Assembly (NCBI GenBank): GCA_964016885.1 | Contig: OZ024741.1 | Coordinates: 103,664,001-103,728,000 of the forward strand | Source of the DNA: Eledone cirrhosa | Lineage: Eukaryota | Length of the DNA stretch: 64,000 bases | Direction: 5' to 3' | Shown: piece by piece, positions 37,557-50,497 of the stretch | How the letters are laid out: every line of letters begins with the position of its first letter | How positions within the stretch are numbered: position 1 is the first letter of the stretch | Program-made: the position numbers and the translations under genes | Notes under the pieces: model-generated | Database searches by the model: none | What the model was told of the DNA's origin: nothing | Seen by the model: the letters and a program-made list of their open reading frames with translations, nothing else

Positions 37557-40500
37557 TATTTCTTTATTAGCCACAGGGGGCACAAAAGAAGGGGACAAAT
37601 ACAAAGGGGGAAGTTTACATACAATAAAAACGTGTAAAATGTTATCACAAATGGAATTTAAAAAGTTAGTCGATTTTCCCCAATAGAGGGAGACAGTTTA
37701 TATGGGTAACACATACCCCCGAAAAAAAATGTGCAACCCTCATCTCCAGGAGTACGAAGAGTTTGTACTCCTTTCCTCTCCTCCTTTTCCTCAACCTACA
37801 GGCTGATATAGAGAGAAGGCCCATTCACTCGGGCCATTCTCGCCACTTTCACCCACCTTTCATAAAACTTGCTGGGGTACAGCACCTCTCTCTCCATCCT
37901 GATTATTCTTCCAAAGTGGTATTTGAAAAAAAGAATCAGTTGTTGGCCGGAGAGAAAGGTGTCTGACCTCAGCCCTTTCAACCTTGTCCACCATACAACC
38001 TCTTTCGCCATAGCTATCACACGAAGGAAAACCGCCTCTCCTTCGTTTTTGAAGGAGGGTGGCGGTTTGATCATGACAATGGACTCGGTGGTCAACCGGA
38101 TTGGTCCCACCCGCGACAATAGTCGTTCAACATAGCCCCACAAGTCAGATACGCCCGGGCAGTGCATGAATGCGTGCGCGACGGTTTCTTCGTTACGCAC
38201 GAACCTCGGACAGATCTTTTTTGCAGGGTCCCTGCCCGGGCGCCCATGTCTGTAGAGCTTGTCTCGAACTAGTAGAGCTCCTCGGTAGCACTGCCAGACC
38301 AGGGACTTTTGGAAGTTGTCCATCGGTCCCGGGCGGAAGGTCCTACCGAACAGACTGGCCAGTTCATCTTCCTCTACGCCTAGAGTTTCACCGAGCGCGT
38401 CGTCGCACTTGCTGCGGATCAACCCTCTATAGAATGACGAAGTGGAGTCTCCACTGATCGCCGGGTCCGCCTACCAGAGGGCTGTGAGCGCCTGAGTACA
38501 TTCGATGTGCCAGTCGCCCATTTTCCTCGGTCTTTGCTTGACCCAGGACTGCAGCTCGGTCAGCGAGACGAGTCGTGGGAAGGCTCGCCTCACGAACGGG
38601 GCCCATACCGGTTGTCCGGTGAGGAATACGTAGAGATGCCGCAGCCTGAGCGCGTGTTTGCGCATCGTCAATGTACTCGGTGGTCAACCGGATTGGACCC
38701 ACCCGCGACAGTAGTCATTCCACATAGCCCCACAGGTCAGCAACGCCCGGGCAGTCTACGAATGCGTGCGCGACGGTTTCCTCGTCACGCACGCATCTCT
38801 GACAGATCTTCTTCGAGGGGTCCCTACCTGGGCGCCCGTGTCTGTAGAGCTTATCCCGAACGGGTAGAGCTCCTCGGTAGCACTGCCAAGCCAGGGACTT
38901 TGGGAAATTGTCCATCGGTCCCGGGCCAAACGTCCTACCGAGCAGACTGGCTAGCTCGTCTTCCTCCATGCCCAGAGCCTCTCGGAGAGCGTCGTCGCAC
39001 TTGCTGCGCACCAACCCTCTATAGAATGTTGAGGTTGAGTCTCCACTGATTGCCGGATCCACTTGCCAGAGGGCTGTGAACGCCTGGGCACATTCAATGT
39101 GCCAGTCGCCCATTTTTCTCGGTCTTTGCTTGACCCAGGATTACAGCTCGGTGAGTGAGACGAGTCTCGGAAAGGCTCGCCTCACAAAAGAGGCCCACAC
39201 CGGCTGACCGGTGAGGAATACCTGGAGGTGCCGTAGCCTTAATGCGTGTCTACGCATCGTCAGCCACGGCAACCCCAGCCCTCCGTTCGAAGGGTGTTTA
39301 CAGCAGATGAATCTTCATACCAAAGGAGCCGGCTTCTTCCAAAGGAATCGGAAGAGCGCGCGCTCCATTTTGGCGAGCGTTTTCGCTGGCCAAGGCACGA
39401 CGGTCAAGCGGTAGTAGATGACGGACGCTATATAAGTGTTCGCCACCTCCGGTCGACCTTTCAGGGATAGTTTGCACTCGGCCCACTTCTGGGCGAGTGC
39501 AAACACCCTGCCCGTTACCTCGTCCCCGTTTTTCTCCACCTGGAGGTCCGGTCCGAACCAGACCCCGAGCAACTTCACCGGTCCCTCCGTCCAGCGTCCG
39601 ACGACGCCGTCGGAGGGCATCGGTTTGCCTCTCCACGTTCCGAGTTGCAAACCGACGGACTTGTCCCGGTTCAGCTTGGCTCCTGTAAACCTTTCGTATT
39701 CCTCCAGTAAGGTGCCGATCTGACCGATTTCCGAGGCGCACGACACCATTACTGTCACGTCATCGGCGTAGGCCGACACTGCTTTCCGCAATCCCAGTTC
39801 CAAGGGGATTCCCTGCAACAGCTCCAACTTCCGCAGTACTGGCTCGAGAGCCAGCACATACAGAAGGGAAGAGAGAGGGCATCGCTGTCGGATGGATCGC
39901 GCGATTTGGAACGGCTCCGAGAGGTAGCCGTTCACCTTGACCCTCGAGCAGGTGTTGCTGCTGTGCATTGCAGCAATCCTGAAAACGGGTCCGAAGCCTG
40001 CCGCCGCGAGCGCCGCATCCAGGTACCGATGGTCGACCCTATCGAACGCCTTAGATTGATCCAAGTTGATCAGGGCCCCAGCAAAGCCGGGTTCGTTCCC
40101 TACCCTCTCTACGATGTATCGCATGAGGTGGAGGTTGTCGTGTATGGACCTGGACGGGATTGCGCATGTCTGCGCTTCTCCCACCAGGTTCCCGACGACA
40201 AGCGCCAACCTCTTCGCTAACACCTTGGCCAAAATCTTTAACTCTGTGTTTAGCAGAGTTATGGGCCTGAAGTTATCTATGTCATCCCCCTTGTTCTCGT
40301 CCTTCCTCACCAGCGTGATTACGCCCTTGGTCACAGAACTGGGAATTCTCCTGTTCTGTTGCCAGTTGCAGTAGACCGCCTCGAGGAGATTGGAGAACAA
40401 GTCCGGCATCGCTACATAAAGTTCGTATAGTAGACCATCAAAACCGGGAGATTTGCGTTTGCCGCATTGGCTCAGCGCTTCCCCTATCTCAGCGGCTGAA

Positions 40501-43500
40501 ATCGGCCTTTCGCAGGACTTCGCCTCCCCGTCCGAGAGCCGCGCCAGACCGTCGAGGTATGGACCGAAATCCATGGCCCCACCCGGCCCGCCGCCTCTCC
40601 CGAACAGTCGTGCAAAGCGCCGTTGAAAGGCCACGCATAACCGCTCAAGTTCAAGGACCACGCGTCCATCCTGGTCCTTCAAAGACCGAATCGTGGACTT
40701 GTTTCCACTTTTTTCCTCTGTCACTCGGGCCCAGCTAACAGCTTTGGCTCCCTCGTTACCCAGAGCACGTATTTTACTCCTGACAACGCAGCCCTCGTGC
40801 TTCGCGTCAAAGAACTGGTCTAGGACCGTTCTTGACGCCAGCATGCCGGCCACGTTGCCACTCCTAATCGCCTCTTCTACTCTATCTATCAATTCCCTTT
40901 CAGTTCTATTCCTATCTTATGCTAATTCCTGACTAAAACCTATCGATTCTTTTCTAATTTCTCTCCACCTACCCCACCACCTGTTGTTGACAATTGCCCC
41001 CGTCAACCGCTGCTTAACTAGAGTGCTAATCCGCTTACTGTAAGCTTTCTTTGTCGGTAAGGACAAGTTTAGCTTCCAGTAACCGGGTCCTTCTCTATGG
41101 GTTCTATCAAGGTTGACCACTGCGGTCACCAACTTGTGATCCGAATAGTCAACCATGAACATTCGTAGACAGCTTAATATGTCCCTATCCTTATTTCTAA
41201 CTAGGAACCTATCTAGGTACGACCAAGATGTTCCGCTGCGATTAGACCACGCCCACAGTGGCACAGTCGGAAAATCTAGTCGATATCTATCGGCCAGAAT
41301 AAATCGGCCGATTAACCGTTTGAGGCTGTTACACCCACCTCTATCGGGACATGCCCCTACATAGTCCCAACGTGCATCCAGGATACCATTCTAGTTCCCC
41401 ACTAAAAGCAAGGAGCGAGACGTTCCCAGAAAAGTCTCTAGGCGTTGGAAGAAGTCCGGTCGCGGTGTCCCAGATGGGGCATACGCTGCCACCAGCATGA
41501 AGGCTCCACCTTCACTACTGCCGACGTCTAGAACCACCAGTTGGCCCTCCGGGTCCAGGTGTACCTTCCGTGTTGCGAGGCCCAGGTGTTTTCGCAGCAG
41601 AACGACCACCCGCCCCCACCCCCGGCTGGCAGAGAGATGCATAGATCTCAAAGTCGTCGAAGATGGGGGACAGTTGGTGCTCGCTGCTGATCCTGGACTC
41701 GCAAATAGCTATCACATCCATTCTGTGCGACCTGAGGTCATTTAAGAGTTTTCCCTGCTTCCAGGACATCCCCAGGCCGCGCACATTTAAACATCCAACT
41801 CTTATAACAGCCATGTTGGTGGTGAAGAGTTTAGAGTGGAGAAAAAGGAAAAGACACCTACCTGTCCTTCTCCTGGGGACCAGGCTGCACAATTTCCATG
41901 GGGGTGTCGGCGGGGTTGTTTGGTGGGGTGGTGGTTTGGGATGTGGTGGGGACATCACTGTGTGGTGGGGTGGGGGTGTTTGGTGGGGGAGGGTGTCTGG
42001 GGTGGTGGTTGGGAAACATTTCAAGAGGTCGCGGTTGCTAGGTCTAGTACAGGGGTTCCCCACGTCCTCGGGAAAGTTCTGTTTGAGCATTGCGTAGGTG
42101 TCCCTTGGGACCCTAATCATTTTTAAATGCGGTTTAGTTGGTGAACATTTTCCCTTCGGTGGAAACCGAAGGGTCTTTGTCTATTGTTTGCACAAGTGTT
42201 TTGTTGTTTGTGTTGATGTATGTATACTGTTTTTGTTGTGCTGTGTTTGTTTTTGTTTGTTGTTCTTGTGTGTGTTTGCGTTTTGTAGTATGTGTTATGT
42301 TTTCGAAAGGGTGGGGTTTTTTGTTTGTGATGTTTGTTCTGTTTGTGCTGGTGACTGTGTGTTTGTTGTATTTTTGTTGATGTGGTACCTTCTTTTCTTT
42401 CTTTTTACCGGTTGAAAGGGTTCTCCCTCGTCGTCACTAGGTGACGTTGATAAGGGCTCCTCGTCCGTGTTGTTGAGGAGGGATATATTTTGGGGTTTTG
42501 TTGTGGTTACTTTTGTATTTGTTTTAGGTGGGGTGGGGTGGGGTGGGACAGTGTCTTGTGTTGTTATTTTTTCGTGTTGTTGAGGTTGTTGTTGTTGTTG
42601 TGGTGGTGGTGGTGGTGGTGGTGGTGGTGGTTGTGTTGTGTGTGGGGTGAGCAGAAGCGTCTTTTTTGGGGGGGTTAAAGGGGACAGGAAGCACTCAGGT
42701 GACCACTTCTTGAACAGTGGTAGCATGAAGGCCGCCTACCCTCAACAGAAATGTTTATGAAGGCGACTCCATCCATGGACACACGCTGCGGTATTCTTGC
42801 TATCCATTCTGGTCTCATTTGGACCAGAACTTCAAGGCTATTGCCGCCGAATACGCCCCCGGTGGCTTTGCCTATAGAAAGGATTGTGTCCTCATCTTCT
42901 AAGAATCCCGTTAGCACCCACCAAATGCTCACATTTGGCCTGATGCCCGAGATTCTTATCTTTTGAGTTCTTTTCCCCAAATATGTGGGGAAAAGGTGTA
43001 TGCTTTGGATACAATTGGCGACACAGAATATTTCCGTGCCGCCAATTCATCTTGCATTAAAACAGATATGTTTCCATACAGTTTCCCTTTCTGTATGAAA
43101 GCGATATCCTTCCAGGCACTACTTAGGACCAGCTCAATTTCGCTTTGGGACAATTGAGCCGGTTTCCTAGTCGCGTTCGAAACTGTCCTATAGATTACAG
43201 TCCTGAGGACTGTATCCCTTCTAATTTCTTCGTGGGAGGTAATTGTGAATTCCCCACCTTCCCCGAAATTTACACAATTCCTTGCTTCTTTCAGCAATTT
43301 CTTGGCATTCGAGATGTCCAGTGCCTTGTATGTCTGAGTTTCTCGAACCGCCTGTGGGTCCGTTTTCTTTCGTGTTGTTATCATTGTTGTTGTTGTTATT
43401 CGTGTTGGCTTGCTTTTTTCCTTTGTTGGTGTTGTCATTATTGCTGTTGTTGGTTGTGTTGTTATTGTCATTGTTACTGTTGTTGGTTGTGTTTTTATTG

Positions 43501-43888
43501 TCATTGTTGTTCTTGTTTGTGTAATTGTTACTTTTGGGGTTTTCACCCATTTCCACAATTTTTTCTTTTGATTCCGTGGTGTCTTTTGCGGGAGTGAGGA
43601 GGGAAGGTTTACAGCGTTGTGCTGCTACCTTCTCTCTATCACTTTCCTTGGGGGGCGTGGCATGCGTCGTGTTAATGGCGTCCAATGTCACTAAACGACT
43701 TTTTATCGATAACTTATAACTATAAAATTTCGCCCCAAAAAGGGGCGAAATTTATTTTACCCAACGTGTGCAGGTCCAGGCGAGGGTTAAACACAACAAA
43801 TAACAAGTAGCTTAAACAAACCTACCGCTTCTCGTAATAAATTCCGACAAAATGCAGGAGCGAAACAAAAACACGTCTATCTTCTTCG
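37557..43888 (-). mobile_element. Full-length, decayed Tx1/L1-clade LINE (copy 2) with duplicated/chimeric 3' end
   Basis: ORF1 ~43691-41859, ORF2 41814-37796 with the same motifs as copy 1. (GATA)n on both flanks. Confidence 0.93.
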
Positions 43889-44363
43889 AGATAGATAGAT
43901 AGATAGATAGATGCTGTTATTTTTATAGCTAGATAGCTAATTCAGCTGTTGTTATACCACAGACCATCTAGAGGGTGGATATGTCTTGTCAACACTGTAT
44001 ATGCTCAAATTACCGCTTCCCAGACAAATCTAGCACAAAGTGGTTGTCACATACTGGTGTATATATATATATTTATTTAACACACCACATTAGGACCAGA
44101 TATACTCCACTTGACTTATTGGGCAAGGATTTTTAGCCGCGTAAATACCCTTGTAGGTGACGAATTGACAAAGTTGTTAGAACGTCAGATAAAATGATTT
44201 GTGGTGTTTGTTTCGGCTCTCTTGGTTCACATCCCTCCGAGGTCAAAATTGCCTTTCATCCTTTTGAGGTCGATAAAATAAGTACAAGTCCTGTCTCTCT
44301 CTGCCCCCGTGTCTCCCTCTCTCATGATGGGTACAATCATTCATCGTGTGTTTTATTATTGTA

Positions 44364-44470
<107 letters not shown>

Positions 44471-45273
44471 GTGTCTATCCTGTAACGTAGCAGTTCCAGA
44501 AAAAGAGATCGATAAAAATAAGTGCCAGACTATAAAGAAATAAAGTCTGGGGTTGATATGCTCGACTAATCCCTTTAGAACGATGCCCCAACATGGCCTG
44601 AGTCTAATGACTGAAACCAGTAAAAGAATAAAAGTATAAAAGAGTATGTGTATGTGTAGTGTATATGTATACATGTGTGTGTTTCTGTTTGGATGGTGCA
44701 TATGTATGTGTGTGCATCTGTATGTAAGTGTGTGGTGTATATGTTTGTAGGTGTGTGTGATGTGTCTGTAGGTGTGTGTGTGTGCGTGGGTGTGGGTGTG
44801 AGTGTGTGTGTGGAAAATAAATTAGATTTAAATCGCGTTGAATTTTATTCATTCATCATCGTCGATGTCCTCAGGGTAAGATGCATTATGGGATATCAGT
44901 AAAAGTTTGATAAATATTTCCCTTCCTGCATCTGCAATATTATATGTATATTATGGCAACGTCTTCAACGATATCACTTGCATTTCAATGTCGTGAATAG
45001 TTGAGGCTTTTCCTGACTTCAAAGAAATTCACTTGACGAACAGCCGTGCACATTTATATCCAGTTATTTATATATTTAGATGGTTGGTGTTGTTGTTCTT
45101 ATTGATGTCAAGCAGCAGTACTCGGTCTCGGTCTTGGCTGGTTTTATTGCTAACTAAAATATATACAATTACATGAATTCACTACAGACGCACGCACGCA
45201 TACACACATACACCCATACATTCATATATATATAATACGCAAACACATGTGTGAGTGCATGTATATATGCATA

Positions 45274-45305
<32 letters not shown>

Positions 45306-45363
45306 CATATGTATGTATGTATGTATATATACATTTACAAAACCAAATTGTAAAATTATAATA

Positions 45364-45373
45364 TATGCATATA

Positions 45374-45429
<56 letters not shown>

Positions 45430-45538
45430 TATTTATACAATATTCCCTACTTTGGTGTTGAGCACTTTATTCTTATATTTGTACATCTAAACATACGGAT
45501 ATATATATATATGTGTGTGTATAAATATACACACACAC

Positions 45539-45584
<46 letters not shown>

Positions 45585-45736
45585 TTATACACACACACAT
45601 ATATATATAGATGTGTGTGTGTGTGTATGTGTATATTTATACACATATATATATATATATATCCGTATGGTTTAGATAGATGTGCAAAGATAAGAATAAA
45701 GTGCTCAATACCAAAGTAGAGAATATTGTATAAATA

Positions 45737-45790
<54 letters not shown>
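45364..45790. repeat. Imperfect inverted repeat enclosing microsatellites
   Basis: 45424-45500 and 45660-45741 are reverse complements. Confidence 0.75.
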
Positions 45791-45793
<3 letters not shown>

Positions 45794-46333
45794 CTGCCGT
45801 CTTTCCGTTGTTTTTTCGTTTTCCATTGACATTGTCATGTGCACCCTATTTTGAATTTATATTCTAAAGACTTCGTCATGCGAGCTTTTTTACGTCTATC
45901 TTATAGTAGACATCACACCGCCTGGTCTGTCTTCCTCTGTGCTCCCTTCTTACCTTTTCTATGCCTCAGTGTCATTCGTCTTTGTCTGCGTTTGACTACA
46001 GTCCATATTATTCTCTTCTGTTTTACTATTTTTCACATTTATACATTTTTTTTCCTCTTTGGCTAAGCTTTCGCTCACGGTTCTCTCCCTTCTTTATCAG
46101 TTGACTCACTTAGAACACTTTTTTATTCTATATTTGTGTAAATCGCCTAAAGACATAACTTGTCTCTACCTGTTTTGTTTAGTCCCAATGTCCAATGTAA
46201 TGAATGGTATCAACCTTAATGAACCAAAGCCGTAGTGATTTCCAGTGGTTGACTGAAGAGGTGGGATTGTCCGTCTTTCCGTTGTTTTTCCATTGACTTT
46301 GACCTGTGCAACCCCTACTTTGAATATAATATA

Positions 46334-47118
46334 TCTATATATATAAAAGCAAGTCGGTTTGTGTGTGTGTCTGTCTGTGTGTCTGTCTGTCTACAAATAC
46401 TAGGCTCTTTTTAACTTTTGAAGTACTAGGCCGATTTCAACCAAATTTGGCACACATGTTGCTTATATGCCAGAGCAGGTTTTGGACAAAAATAAATTTG
46501 AAAAAAATTTATATTGGGGCCGAAAAATCGATTTTGTGTGTGTATCTGTCTGTGTACAAATACTTGTTTCTACTTTAGGCACAAGGCCAGCAATTACCCA
46601 GTGCATTACTGGCACTTTATTTTATCGACCCCGTAAGGATGAAAGGCAAAGTCAACCTCGGCGGGATTTGAACTCAGATCGTAAAGGGACGTAACTATGC
46701 TTGAAAGCATGGCGTCCGACCCTCTACCGATACTGCCACTTTTGAAGTACTAGGCCGATTTGATTCAAGGAATGATATTTCTATGTCCATTGGATGGTCA
46801 ACGTGGTAGTGGCAGCGCCATCTTACACATAGGGTTTAGTCTACTAAAGGACATACGGCGCGTCTATTCCATCTTTATCCCCTTACTCATACCTACTACA
46901 GAAGGCCGGACCTGAAATCATTCACGTCAATTAACTCAAGCTACCCCATGAATTGTTTTTATGTTGCCGTTTATTTCACTCAATCATGTCACTGTACACC
47001 CATTTTGTTAAACTTTTTTTACAATTACATTTCAATTCTTTGCTCAACCTTTGGCTCTCTTTATACGGACAAACAGGCTGTCATTCATTTCGCGAGCAAC
47101 GCCGGGTACATCTGCTAG
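46334..47118 (+). mobile_element. Non-autonomous Helitron containing a SINE (46560-46738, minus)
   Basis: 5' A|TCTATATATATAAAA, (TGTC)n, CCGATTTCAACCAAATTTGG; 3' GCAACGCCGGGTACATCTGCTAG|T. Confidence 0.7.
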
Positions 47119-47128
47119 TAGATATATA

Positions 47129-47195
<67 letters not shown>

Positions 47196-47552
47196 AATTA
47201 GTATATCTACCAACATATATATACAGATGTATACCTATGCAAGCAAATATATAGGTTTTGTCTTAGTAACTTTGTGGTTCAATGCAAGGGGATGCAGAAC
47301 AATTATATGAAAAACGCATTTGCCAAAATTACTACTATAGTTCATGGTAACAGCTTGGCTACTGTCTTTTTAACACCCCACTCCTCACTGATTAACCTCG
47401 ATGTCACGTGATTGATTCTTTTGAATTTGCCACCGAACAAGAAGGCAGTGATTTTTTTCAGTGTCTTGGAATTTAGTCCCCCCTTGCTCTTTTCCATCAA
47501 CTTGTATAAGTTCCCTGTGTCCGCTCATCGCCAGGTATCTTAGCTGAGAATG

Positions 47553-47635
47553 ACTCCCTGATGACGAAAAGGTTTCTCCATGGTTTCCATTTGTAGACTA
47601 TGTATATTGCCTTTCAGAAACTAATTAGTTGGAGT
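47553..47635 (+). ncRNA. Type I hammerhead with long stem II
   Basis: ACTCC-CTGATGA-..GAAAAGG..CCTTTCA-GAAA-CTAATTAG-TT-GGAGT. Confidence 0.7.
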
Positions 47636-47841
47636 GAAATTTAAGTAAGTAAGCTAATTACTATAATTTTCTTATTTTACGTTTTTCATATATATATATA
47701 TATATAAACGGAAAAAATGAAACGAATTACGTATACATACTAATATATATATATAAAATTGAAATGAGCGGAACAAGCAAAATTTAAACAATCTTTCAAA
47801 ATAAATTCAAAATACAATTTAAATATTTACGTATTCATATT

Positions 47842-47920
47842 GCTTTTACCGACGGTTTCGCCTCACAAAAGATTGGAAACCCAAGGGACTTCCAATGGAA
47901 AGATCGGCTCTTCAGAAAGC
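47842..47920 (-). ncRNA. Type I hammerhead with long stem II
   Basis: Minus strand: GCTTT-CTGAAGA-GCC..ATTGGAAGTCC CTT GGGTTTCCAAT..GGC-GAAA-CCGTCGG-TA-AAAGC. The downstream tail resembles that of the 19240 element. Confidence 0.85.
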
Positions 47921-48007
47921 GTTTTCCCTTACATAGGACATATAGTCCCATAGCAGGCAAATACATTGCCTTCAGCCAGCTAGTGAAAGATCGAGTGGGG
48001 TCGTAAA

Positions 48008-48087
<80 letters not shown>

Positions 48088-48120
48088 CAAAGAGGGTGTG
48101 GTAAGATACCAGGTGGACCA

Positions 48121-48246
48121 AAAGAGTCAGGAAGGACCCCGACGGCTGAGCTCCGGCCGTTTCGACAGCTAAATCCGAACTAAGTCACCAGTCGGATCTA
48201 GCTGCCGAAACGGCCGGAGCTCAGCCGTCGGGGTCCTGACTCTTTT

Positions 48247-48248
<2 letters not shown>
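48121..48248. repeat. Fold-back mini-element in (TA)n (family of 47-135 and 2915-2946)
   Basis: GGACCCCGACGGCTGAGCTCCGGCCGTTTCG / CGAAACGGCCGGAGCTCAGCCGTCGGGGTCC. Confidence 0.8.
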
Positions 48249-48313
<65 letters not shown>

Positions 48314-48335
48314 AATGACTTGCACCCAAGATAAA

Positions 48336-48373
<38 letters not shown>

Positions 48374-48939
48374 TTTGGAGACATATGTTATATTTAATTT
48401 CTGTTGTTACTCTGAGTTTTGCGGTTACGCAATCAGCTCGTTGTTATTTATCTTATTATTGTCGTTTTTATTGATGTCGAGTCTTACCTGCGTTTTTATT
48501 ACCATCTAAAATAATTGCAACCTCATAAACTCGATACATTTTTGATATACACATTTTTTCTTTCGCTTTTTATTGTGTTTCCTTTTTTTTGTTTTGTTTG
48601 TTTTTCTTCCTCCTGTTTCTGCTCGCTTCAAACATCTTCTCTTTTCTCTGTGTCTACATTTTCTAATTTCTTATAAACCTGATACGAATATACGTTTCTC
48701 TGGTATGTTTTGTTGGGGGGAGGGGGGTCTTCCAGTGTGAACATTACGTTAAATATACATAGTATTTATAGTATTTTTGTGTCTTGCTATCTTTATCAAA
48801 ATACTCAATATTATGTAGTTCGATGTTTTAATTATATTTTCCATCGTTCATTACTGTACATACATCTATGAGGTATTTCCAGAAAATATTGATATATGCA
48901 CTTTCAAATTCTCCCTTCTTTCATCTACATTCTTCTCTC

Positions 48940-49030
<91 letters not shown>

Positions 49031-49191
49031 AGTTCCACAGCAGTTAATACACCATTTCCGAGAACAATTGTTTCACATTAGTCGGATCATCAGCCCGGTC
49101 TAAAAAAGAGATATATGTGTGTTTCATTGCTATTCTTCCTCCTTTCCTCTCTGTCTGTTAACAATTATTACTATTATTATTATTATCATTA

Positions 49192-49590
49192 GGGAGGAGG
49201 ATTCGCAGTATCGGTAGAGCGTCAGACACCATGCTTTGCAACATGAAGTTACGGCCCTTTACGTTCTAAGTTCAAATTCAGCCGAGATTAGTTTTGCCTT
49301 TCATCTTTATGGAGGTCGATAAAATAAAGTACCAGTAACATACTGGGATCGATTTAATCGACTTTTCCCTCACCCTTCAAATTGCTGGCCGTGTGTCTAT
49401 AGTAGAAATCATTATCATTACGGTCGGACGCCATGCTTTCCAGCATAGTTATGTCCCTTTACGATCTGAGTTCAAATCCCGCCAAGGTTAACTTTGCCTT
49501 TCATCCTTATGGGGTCGATAAAATAAAGTACCAGTAATGCACTGGGTAATTGCTGGCCTTGTGCCTAAAGTAGAAACAATTATTATTATC
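49192..49590 (+). mobile_element. Tandem Meta-domain-like SINEs
   Basis: Same family as 12840-13262, flanked by (TTA)n. Confidence 0.78.
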
Positions 49591-50227
49591 ATTATATGAT
49601 TTTCATTGCCGTTATTTTTTGTTAGTTACCGCCTATTGAAATACTTGTGACAAGATTCTGGTATCTCCTTACAGCTACTCAGACACTGCATGTGTTTAGA
49701 GATAAGTGGTTTGATTGAAAGTTAAGGAGCCAGACAGACGAACGAAAGTACAAATAGTCCCCTTTTTCCTTTCATTTTGACAGGCCAGCACTTTATTATA
49801 CACCCGTCATAGCACTATCCTATTAGCACGATACAGATCTACTTTCAAGGCGACCGCCGCTAATTAAAACACCTAAATCTCTCATCTAATTAACTTTGTC
49901 AATTAGCGGTCACCCCACGCCCACCCCCACCCAACCAGTTGTTTACCTGATGGTGTTGTAACCCAGTCTATTGATACCTGTGGATTAAATATTATTTTAT
50001 TCTTTTGCTGGTTTCAATTATTAGATTGTAGCCATGCAAAGGCACCGCCTTGAAGGGATTTTTATCGATTATATCGACCACAGAACTTGATTTGTTTTGT
50101 TTTGCTTTTCAAATCAAGCAGTAGATATTTCATCAGTCTTTTTTTGTAAGACAGCTAAGTCAGGAGACATAAACAAACAGTAAACGTGAACGCATACACA
50201 GGCATATCTATCTATATATCTCTGTGT

Positions 50228-50322
<95 letters not shown>

Positions 50323-50497
50323 ACAGGTGAACATATTGTCAAGACTGTGGGCTTACAAAAATGGGACATTACAAGACGTGACGGCGGGGTTTTTACATAA
50401 AATCTTTAACAATGATAATTAACAATAAACTATATAAAATAAAATATATAAAATTAAAATATATAAAAAAAAATTTTAATATATAAAATAGATAGAT

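Noticed and set aside
44830-45160. Possible host exon in unique-looking sequence
   Set aside because: No sustained ORF or convincing splice pair.
48146-48195. Hammerhead call for CTGGTGA..GAAA-CGGCCG-GA (minus)
   Set aside because: Weak stem II, no NUH or stem I, and the 5' core is absent in the copy at 47-135.
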